Below, piece after piece: positions 11,501 to 23,487 of a DNA stretch of 64,000 bases (position 1 is its first letter; every line of letters begins with the position of its first letter). Source of the DNA: Camelus ferus (Eukaryota). The notes under the pieces were generated by a model. That model made no database searches. It was not told the DNA's origin and saw only the letters and a list, made by a program, of their open reading frames with translations. The translations under genes and the position numbers were made by a program. The stretch is from contig NC_045696.1 in NCBI RefSeq assembly GCF_009834535.1, positions 10,666,001-10,730,000 on the forward strand, read 5' to 3'.

Positions 11501-13389
11501 GCTCAAGCTGATGGGTAGATCATTCTTTTTTTTTTTTTTTTTTTTTGAACACAGTTGATGTAACAGAAATAGAACCACTTCCCTGAGTACCAGTACCAAA
11601 TGCTGCAATTCTACATGTCATGTCACCTAGAGCTTTATATTGACATATTTTAATACCTCTCTCACTGGATATCTGAAAAGAACTCCTCCTTAAAAGAAAC
11701 TTCAAATAATCACTGTAAGAAGCCTAGAAAAAGAGAAATACATCCTTCTGTTTTAATGACGAATGGAGAGAGTTCCTGTCCTATCAAAACTTAGAAGCCT
11801 TTGGCAGAATTTTAAGGCAAAGGAATGGAATGTAGCTCACAGCGATCCTCTGGGTAAAGGTGCTAAGAATAACTGTGAGTTAAAATACGTATATTAGCAT
11901 ATGCGGCTTGGTGTTGGAAGGGTTGGTTTGGGGCCGAATGAAAATATTCTGAGTCTCCCCGAAGTCAGGAGCTGAAGCCAAACGCTCCAAAGGCTTACAC
12001 TGACACAATGAAAAGAGACAATTTGCTTGGAAGGCTGTGGCTAATTTATAACACAATGTCCAATGTCATGGTTAGTTTTGTTGCAAAAATTTGGCAGTTT
12101 TACCCAGAGTCTCAGGCAGCCTGAAAAGATGCAAGGGATTCTGGCTGCAGCATCTCCCGTTTGCTAGATGTTCCAAATGGTTCAAACAAGCCCTTTCATA
12201 GAGATGCAGGGCCAAGTGTGCTCAAAGGAATGAGGGAAACAAAGGTGGCTCTGAAGTCATTTCCCCGCACTGGGTCCAGCCATCCGGTTTCACTCTTTCC
12301 CCATTGAACGGGCAGAATGCAACAGGAAGAACGCGGATGAAAGGGAACAGACAGGCCGATGTGTTTGGGGAGAAAATGGACGGAGGCCGGGGCACTGAGC
12401 TGCTAAACTTTCATTCTAGGTTTTCAGAAAGGAGTGAATGATGAATTATAGAAACCTGAAAGGTAATAAAATATGGGTCACTGAAGCGCTGTGGCCAAGT
12501 TCCTAAAACACCTGCAGAGACAGAAGGTTCTGGAAGTCAGTGTGGCCCTGCGGTCACCCGGGCAGACACCCTGCCTGAGGCACAGAAGGGCACTGTTCAG
12601 AAGCTCACCTGTTGTTTTCCCGTTGGCTCGCAGTCCTTCCCCGTCTGTAAGAGCCAGCGGCTGGATCTGACTCCAGATTAGACCACCGGGGGGGAAAAAG
12701 AAAGGCAGTGTGCAGACTTCCCAGGGAGCAGCTAAGGAGACCGGAGCCGGGAGGCCGCCTCCTTCCTCTCCCGAAGGCGCTCTGACCTGGAAATATTAAC
12801 TCAGTTGGTGAAGACTATCTGTGTTATACATGCAGATCTCCTCTGCTGGGCTATTCTAAGGCTTTTCTGCTCAAAGCCTCAGCCTATTTATATCTTACAA
12901 AGTAGAGTCCTGATCCCTGGATTGGGGATAAGAGCGAGACTGTGGCCTCAGTGAGACTCATTTGAGCCTCAGTTTCCTCATCTGGGGTTGTTATAAAGAT
13001 GAGAAGGAAATAGCAGGAGGGTGCCTTGCCCAGAGCTTGGCACGTATTAGCTGCTTAGTAAAATGATAACAGTAGCTAAGACTGCTGAGCACCTGCTACG
13101 TGCCAGGCCCTGTGGAGAGACACTTATTTTACGGTTTTCATTCAGACTAGGGTGGTGCTCGAGGTTTGTCTGCCTTCAGTGCATGCTTCCTCTGCATCGA
13201 GGATGTGGGGTTTTCTAGCCCCTTCTGTCCCTGTGCTCGTTGAACACCATGGATGCGCCAACCAAATGGTTCTGTTTCAGAGACCCTTTCCTGGACACAC
13301 TGAACCAAAATCCAGCAGCAACTTGGTAAATAAACTAAATAAATGTGACCTCAGTATAATCCTATACTGAGCGAGCTGTAGTGCAAACT

Positions 13390-13588
13390 TGAGCCCAGAT
13401 GACTTGGGTTCGAGTCCTGGCTCCTTCTGTGACTTAGGACAAGAGATGATACCTGTCAGTGACCCAGTTTCCTCCACCTGCAAAACAAGGATGAAAGTAG
13501 AACTTATCTCAAAGACTGTGGTGAGGACTGAGCGAGTTGATACCTGTAGGGCCCTGGGAACAAGGCATGGCAGAGTGTTAGCTATTAT
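13390..13588 (+). mobile_element. MIR SINE
   Basis: B-box GGGTTCGAGTCCTGGCTC and core CAGTTTCCTCCACCTGCAAAA...GTGGTGAGGACT. Confidence 0.75.
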
Positions 13589-13595
13589 AACTGGA

Positions 13596-13767
13596 TTTTT
13601 TTTTGTATATAATATATTTTTATTGAAGTATAGTCAGTTTACAATGTTGTGTCCATTTCTGGCGTACAGCATAATGCTTCAGAAACATACATATATTCAT
13701 TTTCATATTCTTTTTCACCATAAGTTACTGAAAGATATTGAATATAGTTCCCTGTGCTATACAGTAT
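13596..13767 (-). mobile_element. Short LINE-1 3' end (laurasiatherian/cetartiodactyl type)
   Basis: T-rich tail then TTTATTGAAGTATAGTCAGTTTACAATGTTGTG...GAATATAGTTCCCTGTGCTATACAGTA; related copies at 20.2, 20.5 and 23.0 kb. Confidence 0.85.
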
Positions 13768-13791
13768 GATGTAATTGTTTTTATTAACCTC

Positions 13792-14212
13792 TCTTATAAA
13801 TTGAGTGTGTTCTTCAAATTCACGTTGAAGTCCTCGCCCCCAGTACCTTAGAATGTGACCTTTGGAAGTAGGATCATTGCAGATGTAGTTAGTTAAAATG
13901 AGGTCATTGGGGTGGGCCTTAATCCAATATGACTGGTGTCCTTGAAAGAGGGGGGAGTTTTGGCACAGAGATATCCACGCAGGGAAGATGCCAGGTGAAG
14001 ATGCAGGCAGAGATCTGGTGATACTCCTACAAGCCTGGGGATGCCAGAGATTGCCAGTGAACTACCAGACGCTGGGAGAGAGGGGTGGAACTGATTCTCC
14101 CTCACCTTGATCCTGGACTTCCAGCCTTCAGGACCAGGAGACAACACATTTCTCTTGTTTCAGCTGCCCATTGTGTAGTACTTTGTTACAGCAGTCTGAG
14201 CCGACTGATGCA
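13792..14212 (+). mobile_element. MaLR solo LTR (MLT1B/C-like)
   Basis: GTTGAAGTCCT...AGAATGTGACC...AATCCAATATGACTGGTGTCCTT...CTTTGTTACAGCAG...CTGATGCA. Near-TSD ACCTC/GCCTC. Confidence 0.85.
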
Positions 14213-14544
14213 GCCTCTGAGCCAACACCTCCTCTGTAATGCCGTGGGGTGGTCAGCGGGCCGGTTCTGTTTGTAGCTGGGCCACTGGGGCTCACACTCA
14301 GCCTGTCACTTACAAGCTTGTGAAGTGGGGCAGCTTACTTAACCTCCCCGAGCCTTAGCTAATTCGTCTGCAAAATGAAGCTTATAATTTCACTTCCGTC
14401 TCTACCTCACAGGTACTTGTTAAAGCAAGAATGAGGTGGGTGCCTGGTTCACCACAATGTCAGCTGTCCTGTGTGCTTGTTTGGAGGTTTCTAGAGACAG
14501 TGGCGACTGGAGGCAGAACTCTGCCCCAGGTCAAATTTCCTGGC

Positions 14545-14652
14545 GGTCTTGCAAACTGCAGATCCTGGTTCAACAGTTTAAGGTGGGGCCCGAGACTCTG
14601 TATTTCTAACAAGCTCCCAGATGAGTCGGAGGACCACAGTTTCTAGATAGCA
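14545..14652. mobile_element. MER5-like DNA transposon fragment
   Basis: GGTGGGGCCCGAGACTCTGTATTTCTAACAAGCTCCCAGATGA...GGACCACA. Confidence 0.7.
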
Positions 14653-17479
14653 AGGCCAAGACGGCCTCACCAAGCCCCATCTAGGAAAATGAGACTGATT
14701 TACGAAGAATGTTTTTAGAAGAAGCTCTTTCCTCGTGCCTGTTACTTGGGCCCACGGCTGGATATTTGATGGCATCTCAATGATGTTTAAAGAAAGAGCA
14801 AAGCTGACTTTGGAGACAAGGATGAGGAAATGACCAAGGAGCCACCCGACAGCGTGGGAGAACACACATTGGCGAGGTAGACAGACACAGACGGATGGAC
14901 CTGAGACCCGCGGTTTGTCCTGCCCCAGGAGGTGCAGGTGGAATTGCCTGGAACAGGGCAGGGAGAGAAGGCGTGTGCTGGAACGTGGGCCAAGGCCACC
15001 CTCTGGGGCCCTTGCCCACCTCTCTTCCCCCTGCTGGGAGCCTGCGCCCAGGTCTTCTCACCACTGAGTTCTCAGTGCAGAGATGAACCCTCATGAGGCC
15101 TTCTCAGAACAGCTCCCCTAATGGTGCCCCCCAACCCCACCTGTCCCCACTGGTCACACCGTCACTCCTCCCGGCTTTATTTTCTTCATGGCATTTACCA
15201 ACAGCTACAATGGCCTCGTTACTAACTTGTCCACATATTTATACGTGTCTCTCTGCTTCCAGTCTCAAGCAGAGGGTCCACAGAGCAGTGTTCTCGGCTG
15301 TACCCCGGTGCCTTGAGCAGGGCTGGGCCCCTACCGGGGGCTCAGTAAATCCTTGAGTGAACGGGTGCAGAGGCTGAATGTAGATGGATTGGTCAAGTTC
15401 ACTGAGCGCTCGCTCCGTGCAGTGCCCTGTGCCAACCCTTGAGAAAGCTTGGGCTCCTTGCCTCCTGATAATTTATAATCCACTTGAGGATGTGAGGTGC
15501 ACACATCGGAACATCTGACTCGCCATATCAGGTTACCGTATGGACGAGCTGGGAGGGAATTGGAGCTGCTGTGGCCCAGAGCACGTGGAGCAGCGGGATC
15601 TTGTTAAAGGGCAGAGTCTGGGTCGGGGAGCCCGGCATGGGGGAGCCCAAGATGCACCGTTGTAATCAGCGCCCAGGTGCTGCTGACACTTATGGTCTGC
15701 GGGTCCTTGTTTTGAGGACAGCGAGGCTTTCCGTGTTTAGAAGAGAGATCGGCTGCTTACAGCTGAGGCCTCCTGCAGGAGGGTTTGGTACTCAGAAGAA
15801 CCCAGAGGATTGGGGGTGGAGAAGGGACAGGCAGGGGAGTGGTAGGGGGACAGGAGGCCAGGGAACAGACCATGGTGCCTGGAAGGGAGAATGGGAACAG
15901 GATGGACAAACCAGGAAGGTGGGGGGAAGGGAGGGGCAAACAGGGAAACTCCAGCCACAGCCATGGGGACATGCACCCCTGCTCTGTATTCTATTTTTAA
16001 AAGCTGTTCGTAGAAGGATTGAGACACCTTCCTCTGGTCTATCAATAAGTCAGAACATGTTTTCAGAAATGTCGCAACCTGTGCTTGCCCAAGCGGGCGC
16101 TGGGGGGGTAACAGAGCGCTGTGCAGGGTGCTGCGGAGGCCGAGGGTGTGCAGGCAGCCGTCGGTAGCGGTGGCCGTGTAGCCGGTTCCTGCCATCTGGG
16201 CTGGGCGTGTGTCCTGCCCGTGAATACCCTTGCTCTTATTTTTGCCTGACCGCTTTCACATCTGTCATCTCGTTTGAGCCTTATGGTGTCCCTAGGAGGT
16301 TGGGAGGGCAACTGGATGTTTTGTGGGTGAGGAAACTGAAGGCCAGAGAGAGGTGGGGCCAGTGCAGTCTCCCCTGATGCAGAGCCCAGACTAAGACGGA
16401 CAGGAAGGAATTCTTCTCCCTCTTTCCTCCACGTGCCTCTGGCCTCGACGTTCAGACCTGTTAACATGCGAGCAGGATTGGAGACGGGCAGTCCTTCTAC
16501 CAGAGAGAGACTCCCAGGACGTGTGTGCACTGATGAGCTCTTGGTCACCAGTGCTCTCTTGCCAGGATGGGGCCCCATCTAGCCCAATGGTTTCTGGAAT
16601 ACCAGAATAGTCTAGAATCCCCCGAGGGTGGGCTTGGCCTCCGTCAGCTCCCCCACCAACGGGAGGGAAGGAGGCGCAGCTGTGGCAACCGGCACTGCTT
16701 CCCACGTTGCGTGGAGACGACGGTCAGGGCCAATTTCATGCATCTTTATCCCCTATTATGACCTGTATTTCCTTGGCGCATGGCAGCTGCTTGTGTCCAG
16801 ACAAGGAAACAGGAAGTATTATATTGTTGTTAATAATACTCAAGGAGAGCAATCACTCCATTATTAACTCACTTGATTCTTCCTGATCTTAACAGTGGAT
16901 CCATTTAAAATGATGGAGGGCACTTAGGGCAAGTTCTCACTTGCTTTCACAGAGCTGGGACTCGGCCTGCCTTTTCAGATTCTTGTCCGCTCAGCGATAA
17001 CACAGGATTTGCGTGCCCTTTAACCAGGGAAAGAATTGAGGCAGCTATCGCTCTTCAGGCCTAAAAATTCCTGGGGTGCTGAGAGTCGCCGGGACTGGGA
17101 AAGCAGTGCTGGGGGTCCCAGCCTGGATCAAGACTGTCTTTGGCAAGGACAGTAGCTTCGTGTTGTCTCCCATGCCGGGTGTGGCTCCAGCCAGCTAGGC
17201 TTCTCCCACTGGCTTCTTCCTGGTTTCCTGCGCTGCTGGCCCCACGTGCTCTCAGCTGGTGTAACATGATGGGGTCAGGGGCTCACTGCTGTTCCAGAGG
17301 ACCTGGGATGTCCTGTGGGGTACAGTTCTTCTGTCACCCCTTCCCTAAATGCTATTTCCAAGCCACCACAGTAGTGTGGCTTCAGGATATGTGCACGGAC
17401 TTCTGAGTTTGCACTGCATGCATCACACTCAAAGCATACAGCCCAAACTCCCCACCAGCCACTTCTCACTGACATGGTG

Positions 17480-17637
17480 ACCATCACTTCTTTCCCTGTG
17501 AGTTTTGTCTTCTTTCCAACCCCGGGTTATATGATACATATTTTCGTTCTCAGGGCCTAGGACTGTGCCTGAGACGTATAAAATACCAGATCAGTGCTTG
17601 TTAATGAATGAATGAATGAATGAATGAATGAATGAAT
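17480..17637 (+). mobile_element. L2 3' end with (AATG)n tail
   Basis: GGGCCTAGGACTGTGCCTG...GTGCTTGTTAATGAATG; (AATG)8 at 17603-17634. Confidence 0.7.
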
Positions 17638-19594
17638 CCCAGCCATCGTGTTACTTTATCACCTTCAGACTGTTTTGCTGCATAAATAGAGATCTTTGCC
17701 ACACATCTTTTCACAGATACCTTTGCAACTTTTGGGAAACTAACCATCCACAGTGGATATGGTAACTGACCCCAATTCTCTCTCTTTCCAGTTTCCAGGG
17801 TTACCCCAATGCCTCAGACGGACAGTACCCGTCTGCAGCCAGCCTCCCTTTATTACTGGAGGCCGAATCCCATGAGGGGTCGACTCCAGCCTGCCGTGAG
17901 GGCAGCCAAACCTTCCACTTTGCTCTGCTGGACTTGTGCAGGTCCCACTGAGAGGCAGGACACCGGACAGCCTCCCATTTCTCATTTTGGACTTCCCCCT
18001 GGGCTGTTAGCAGGCTTGAGCAATTGCTTTCATGCTGCAAACTGTTTCTGTTTACTTTTGCACCAGGGAGCATTTTCCATCCTTGGCTGGGTGTACCATC
18101 TAAGTGCACCCATTGTCAGTGCTTCTGGGTGGTTGAGAACAAATGGCTTATCTTCAGGATCTTGAGAAATAGTAAAACGATGGTTTCAAGCCACTACATT
18201 TGGAGGTAGTTTTTCTACCACAATATATAACTGAAACAGCCCCAACCCTTGTGTGTGCATAATTCTTGCCTACATACCCTAAGTAGGAAAAATATTTCCA
18301 GGGGCCTGAGCCATCCCTGACCATATACAATAGAAAGAGCTCACTGGAGTCATGATCGGTGGCATCCTTCAATGGTTCTTATCACTAAATTCTGACTGTT
18401 TACAGCCTATGGGAATGGAATAAATGACACCTTGTGGCGGGAAAACATAACCTGACAGCTGCTTCCTGTTTATTCATGTTCTGACAGAACAGCAGATAAG
18501 CTGAAAATAAAGTTTTATTCTAATCTGTGTAAAAAAAGTCCTACCCCTACAGCCACCATGTGACCACCCCATTTCTGTCCAGGAAGAATAACTAAATGAA
18601 AAGAGCCCTTTTAGAGGTCAGTTCTGTGTTGGCTTGTTACCAAGGAACAGATGCGCATGACCAGTGCTCCTCTTTATGGTGACTGGGAGAGGTAGGAATT
18701 TTTCAAAAGTCAAGGTTAGGTAGTGGGTGTCAGGTACCCAACGGGTGGTGCTGGGATTCAAACTAGGACCTGCCTGATTCCAGGAGCCCTGCTTTTACTC
18801 TGGTACGACCAACTTGGAATTAGAGCATTAACTCTCAGCTGACATGGTGCATCTCTCTCCTTGACACCTTAATTCCCCAGCTGTCCAGTTATTGAGAGCA
18901 TTGCCCTGATGCTGGTTGACAGTGGACCTTTCTTCAGAGATCCAGACTGGGGACTCCTGGACTCCCTAGAATCTCTCCTAAAAGAGGAGGGTCAACCAGC
19001 CAAAGCTGAGCAGGAAGGAGCTCCCCAGGCTTCAGGGGGCTAAGCTGAGGGGTGACCCTCACAAGCTGCCATCAAGCTTTCCCACTGCTTTGTGGAGCTG
19101 TCAGTTGAGTTGGTGTCACCTCTACCCCTGGCCCCTCACTAGAGTGCTGGGCTGACCTTTGGGGCCCTGGATTGCAGACCTCATTCAAACACCACTGGTT
19201 GTGTGACGTCCAGTCATCACATCTTTGGGGTCCACTCACATAAGGGTTCACCTCCTCCGTGAAGGCTTTTCAAGTTCTGACTCTTTGAAAATAGAATTGG
19301 CATGTTCTTAGAGAGTTAAGTTCCACCAGAATAGCCCCTATGGGACAGTAGGGGATGAAAACAGAGGGTGGTCCCCGCCCCCTGTTGGAAATTGATTGAT
19401 TTTGCAGTTACCTTAGAGGTCACTGTTGATACTTGCACCTACGAGGTCAGCTCTCCATAGTGGCTGTTCTTTGGCAGCTGATGGGAAGTCAGAGTGTTGT
19501 ATTTTCACAATGTCCACAAACCCCAATATCTCGTCATTCTGGATAGAGGGGGTTAGAGTAAATGGTGCTTTCTTGTTATGTTCCTAAAACTGTG

Positions 19595-19994
19595 TGTTGT
19601 GGTTTGAAGTGTGTTCTGCCAAAAAAGATTATGGAAGGCCTAACCCTCAGGACCTCCAACTGTGACCTTATTTGGAGACAGGTTCTTTGCAGAGGTAATC
19701 AGGTTAAACTGAGGTCATTACAATAGGCCCTAATGCGATATGACTGTGTCCTAATAAAAAGGGGGCTCAGAGACAGATGGATGTAGAGGGCAGACGATGT
19801 GAAGACACAGAGGGAAGATGACCATCTCCAAGCCAAGGCGAGAGGCCTGGAGCAGGCGCTCCCTCCCAGCCTCAGAAGGAACCACACCTGCCGACCCCTG
19901 GATTGCAGACACCAGCCTCTGTGTCTGTGAGAGAGTAAATCTCTGCTGTTTAAGCCACTCAGTTTGTGGTGCTTTGCTATGGCAGCCCAATACG
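19595..19994 (+). mobile_element. MaLR solo LTR (MLT1B-like)
   Basis: TGTTGTGGTTTGAA...GTGACCTTATTTGGAGA...CAGCCTCAGAAGGAACC...TGTTTAAGCCACTCAGTTTGTGGT. Confidence 0.85.
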
Positions 19995-20221
19995 CGATGT
20001 AAGATGATTTTTCAGCTGAAAGAAATTGGATGTGGTTCTAAGACAGGGGTAAAGGCCCACAGCCATGAGGTGAAGCTCAGGAGACAAACACCCCTGGGAC
20101 CCGGGGACATTCTGGTTTCCACCCCTCATTTTCATTTTCTACCTTTTTCAAAAGGAAGGTGAGATATAGGCTAACACATCCCCCCTTGGTACTGCCCCCA
20201 TTCCCATTAGTTTGAAGTGAT

Positions 20222-20814
20222 ATATTTTTTTCTTCTTTTATTGAACTGTATAGTTCATTTACAGTATTGTGCTAGTTTCAGGTGTAAGCAAAGTGATTCA
20301 ATATATGCATTCTTTTTCAGATTCTTTTTCATTATAGGTTACTATAAGGTATTGAATATAGTTCCCTATGCTGAACAGTAAATCCTTATTGTTTATGTAT
20401 TTTATACATAGTAGTGTGTATCTGTTAACTCAGTACTCCTAATTTATACCGCTCCCCCTTTCCCCTTTGATAACCATAAGTTTGTTTTCTATGTCTGTGA
20501 GTCTATTTCTGCTTTATTTTATTTTATTTTTTATTGAGGTGTAGTTGATTTACGATGTTAGTTTCAGATGGACAGCAAAGCAATTCAGTTATACACATAC
20601 ATACATATATTTTTTCAGCTTCTTTTCCCTTATATGTTATTACAAGAAATTGAGTACAGTTCCCTGTGCTATACAGTAGGTCCTGGCTGGAGTCTACTTC
20701 TGTTTTGTAAATAAGTTCATTTGTATTATTTTTGAGATTCCACATATAAATGATATTGTATACTATTGGTCTTTCTCTGACTTACTTCACATAGTATGAT
20801 CATCTCTAGGTCCA
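20222..20814 (-). mobile_element. LINE-1 3' end containing a nested second L1 3' end (20512-20689)
   Basis: Two T-rich tails each followed by the same L1 3' UTR text. Inner copy is flanked by GAGTCTATTTCTG (20499-20511) / GAGTCTACTTCTG (20690-20702). Confidence 0.85.
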
Positions 20815-22094
20815 AGTTTAAAGCCACATGGAAACATTGAGATGATAAGAATTTAAGTTGTTTTTAAATTTGCTGAGTCTGGGTTAGCTAAGAGTTACTT
20901 GTTCCACACGGGCTGGCCTTCCTGTCTGCAGCTGCCTCAAGGCTGATCTGCTTTTTCCACTCTTGAAGTTTGCAGCTCCTTCACTCCATCATCCTTTGTG
21001 TGAACAGCTACCATGCGTGGGGTGCAGCAGATCCGGACCTGCTCGTTTTCCGAGGCTCAGGAGCGGCGGCTCTGGCCTGGCAGTTGCAGGTGACAGTCCT
21101 GACCAGTCCAGGAGCCGATGAGAAGTTCATAGGCTGTTAATAAACTGGAACCAATTGGTGAATGCCGGCCGGGGGTGCTGGGGCCGGCTGGGGCCGCAGG
21201 TCCTTGGGAGAGCCTGCACTTGTGCTGACTTTATCTGCATATAGCAGGAGCCGAGAGGGCCCGGCCGCTCTTGGTGTTTGTTCCAGTGAATAGACATATG
21301 TCCCTCACACTAGCACGGGGAATATCTAATTAAGCCACACAATGATTGCTTATGCCCCGGGGCTGTCACAAACAAGGCTCTGTCACTTTCTGCCTCGAAC
21401 CAGAAAATGGGAATTCGCCTTCAGTGCATGATAATGAATATATTCGAAATATATTAGAATTTATTTAGATCTCACACGCTCACCCTTAAAAAAAACACAC
21501 GACAAATGCTGTTTTCATAAAAATATTTTAAATCTCACATTGGGAGTGGGGCTTGGGGTGGGGGTGAGAGGAGGCTCTTGGTACACGCTGGTTGGTTGAG
21601 TATGATGTTCGGTGTAACTTGCTTTCCTATTTTTTAGTGAATGAATTAGAATCTTAGGAATTGAAGTTGTGTTTTGCTCAATGTTAACAGAAATGTTTGC
21701 GTACACTGCATGGGAGCTGAAACCTTTGAGTTTTAAGGAGTGCATATGTTTTTCCTCTGTTAGCCTTCCCTTCCCTTACTTTAGTTTAGGTGGGACCTGT
21801 AAGGAAATTTTATTTCCTTTAAGGTCAAATCATCTTAGTACATGGAACTGAAGAACTGTAGCCCCTACTGAAGACTCATGCTGCTACTTTAAAATGGAGT
21901 GTAGTTTTTAACAAGGGAAAAAAAAAAACTCATCTTGGTCTAGAACATAAGAAACGATTTTTCCCGTCTCCTTCTGTCATGATTAGGAAGGGACTTTGAT
22001 GCTGGCCATAGAAGTGGGGACAGTGTGAGGAGTTGCCTGGATGGGGTGTGAAAAACTGTGGAAACCACCTCAAAGAGTTTTTCATCACCAAGGG

Positions 22095-22272
22095 CAGGAC
22101 TGGCTACATAGTCTGCAGGACCCAGTGCGGAGTGAAAATATGGCTGCCCTTGTTTAAAAATCATTAAGGATTTTTAAGAGAGTGACACAAAGCATTAAAC
22201 TAAGCACAGGGCTCTTTTGAACATGGGGACTTGGGCGACAGACTGCAGGGGTCCCATCCCTGTGAACCAGCC
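22095..22272 (-). mobile_element. MER45A-like hAT-Tip100 DNA transposon
   Basis: CAGGACTGGCTACATA...CCCAGTGC...TGAAAAT...CCCTTGTTTAAAAATCATTAAG...AGCATTAAAC matches the reverse of the MER45A consensus as recalled. Confidence 0.75.
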
Positions 22273-23034
22273 ATTTTTTGTCCTTGATAAGGAGGAGAAG
22301 AGAGAAGGCGGTGACCAGAGGTGATTTTACTTCCTAATTTTTACACAACCCACAAGTCCAGAGATGAAATGAAGTGAAAAATGGATTCCAGATTTATTTT
22401 GTTCATCTGCTCCAGATGAATTGGAAGAATACAGCATCCCTCCAGCGCTGGCAGCTGTGTTTGAAAGACATTTTTGTGCTTTTCTCATTCAAAGTGTTAA
22501 GACCAACGTTTTCTTCCTCTTTTTCACGTGAAATTCTATCCGCTCAGAGAACCAGTTCTGTATAAGAACTACTCATTTGATGAACCAGTCAGAATTCTGG
22601 GGAGAGAAGCAAAGATGGAAAATTCCTGCCTTCTCCACAAATCAAGAAATAAAAGCCTTGATTAGTATTTGCCCAGATGTTGAGACCCCTGGCTGCGTGC
22701 AGCTGGATTTTGCCTGGTGGAGCAGGTTGGGTGCGGTGGCTTGTGGCTTGTGGTTTGTCTGTCTCGTTTGCTGCGTCCCTATGATGCAACACGGATGAGG
22801 CAGCCTCCTCATCCTCGGACCCCTGCCCGCCCCACACTCCCTGCGAGTCCTTCCTAAAGGGCTGTGATATCCTTCTGGCTCTGCCTGTGAGCCAATGTGC
22901 ATGAGAAAATGGTTCGTTGTCCTCAGGGAAGATGTGTTCAAAGAGATCTGTCAGGTTTTTTTATTTTTCACCTGCACTTAAAAAAACAAACAAACAAAAA
23001 AAACCCCAAAAAACCCCCACAACAATAACATCTT

Positions 23035-23114
23035 TTTGTTTTTAATTGAAGTGAAGTATAGTTGATTTACAATGTTGTGTTACTTTCTGGTGCACAGCAT
23101 AGTGATTCAGTTAT

Positions 23115-23151
<37 letters not shown>

Positions 23152-23487
23152 TATTCTTCTTCAGATTCTTTTCCATTATAGTTTATTACAAGACATTGAA
23201 TAGTTTCCCTGTGCTATACTATAGGACTTTATTGTTTATATCGCTATATAATAGTTTGTATCTACTAATCTCAAACTCCTAATTTACCCTTCCTTCCACT
23301 CACTTTCCCCTTTGGGAACCACAATTTTGTTTCCTATGTCTGTGAGTCTGTTTCTGTTTTGTAAATATGTTCATTTCTACCATTTTTCCTAAGATTCCAT
23401 GTGTAAATAATATGGGATCTTTGTCTTTGACTTACTTCACTTCAGTAACGTCATCTCTAGGTCCATCCAGGTTGCAGCAAATGGAAC
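23035..23487 (-). mobile_element. 5'-truncated LINE-1 with target-site duplication
   Basis: L1 3' UTR text with internal (AC)14. TSD ATAACATCTT at 23025-23034 and 23488-23497, followed by AA (L1 endonuclease-like site). An older L1MB-like end continues to ~23570. Confidence 0.85.
23119..23146. repeat. (AC)14 microsatellite
   Basis: Read directly. Confidence 0.95.

Noticed and set aside
11491..11546. GGGGCCATAGCTCAAG followed by a long T run, resembling a SINE
   Set aside because: No B box or body, and the tail orientation is inconsistent with the head.
15571..16578. ORFs of 152-198 aa (similar ones at 32933-33517, 48346-49132, 49618-50136, 51401-51931)
   Set aside because: No recognisable homology or exon structure; such lengths are expected in GC-rich non-coding DNA when alternative starts are allowed.
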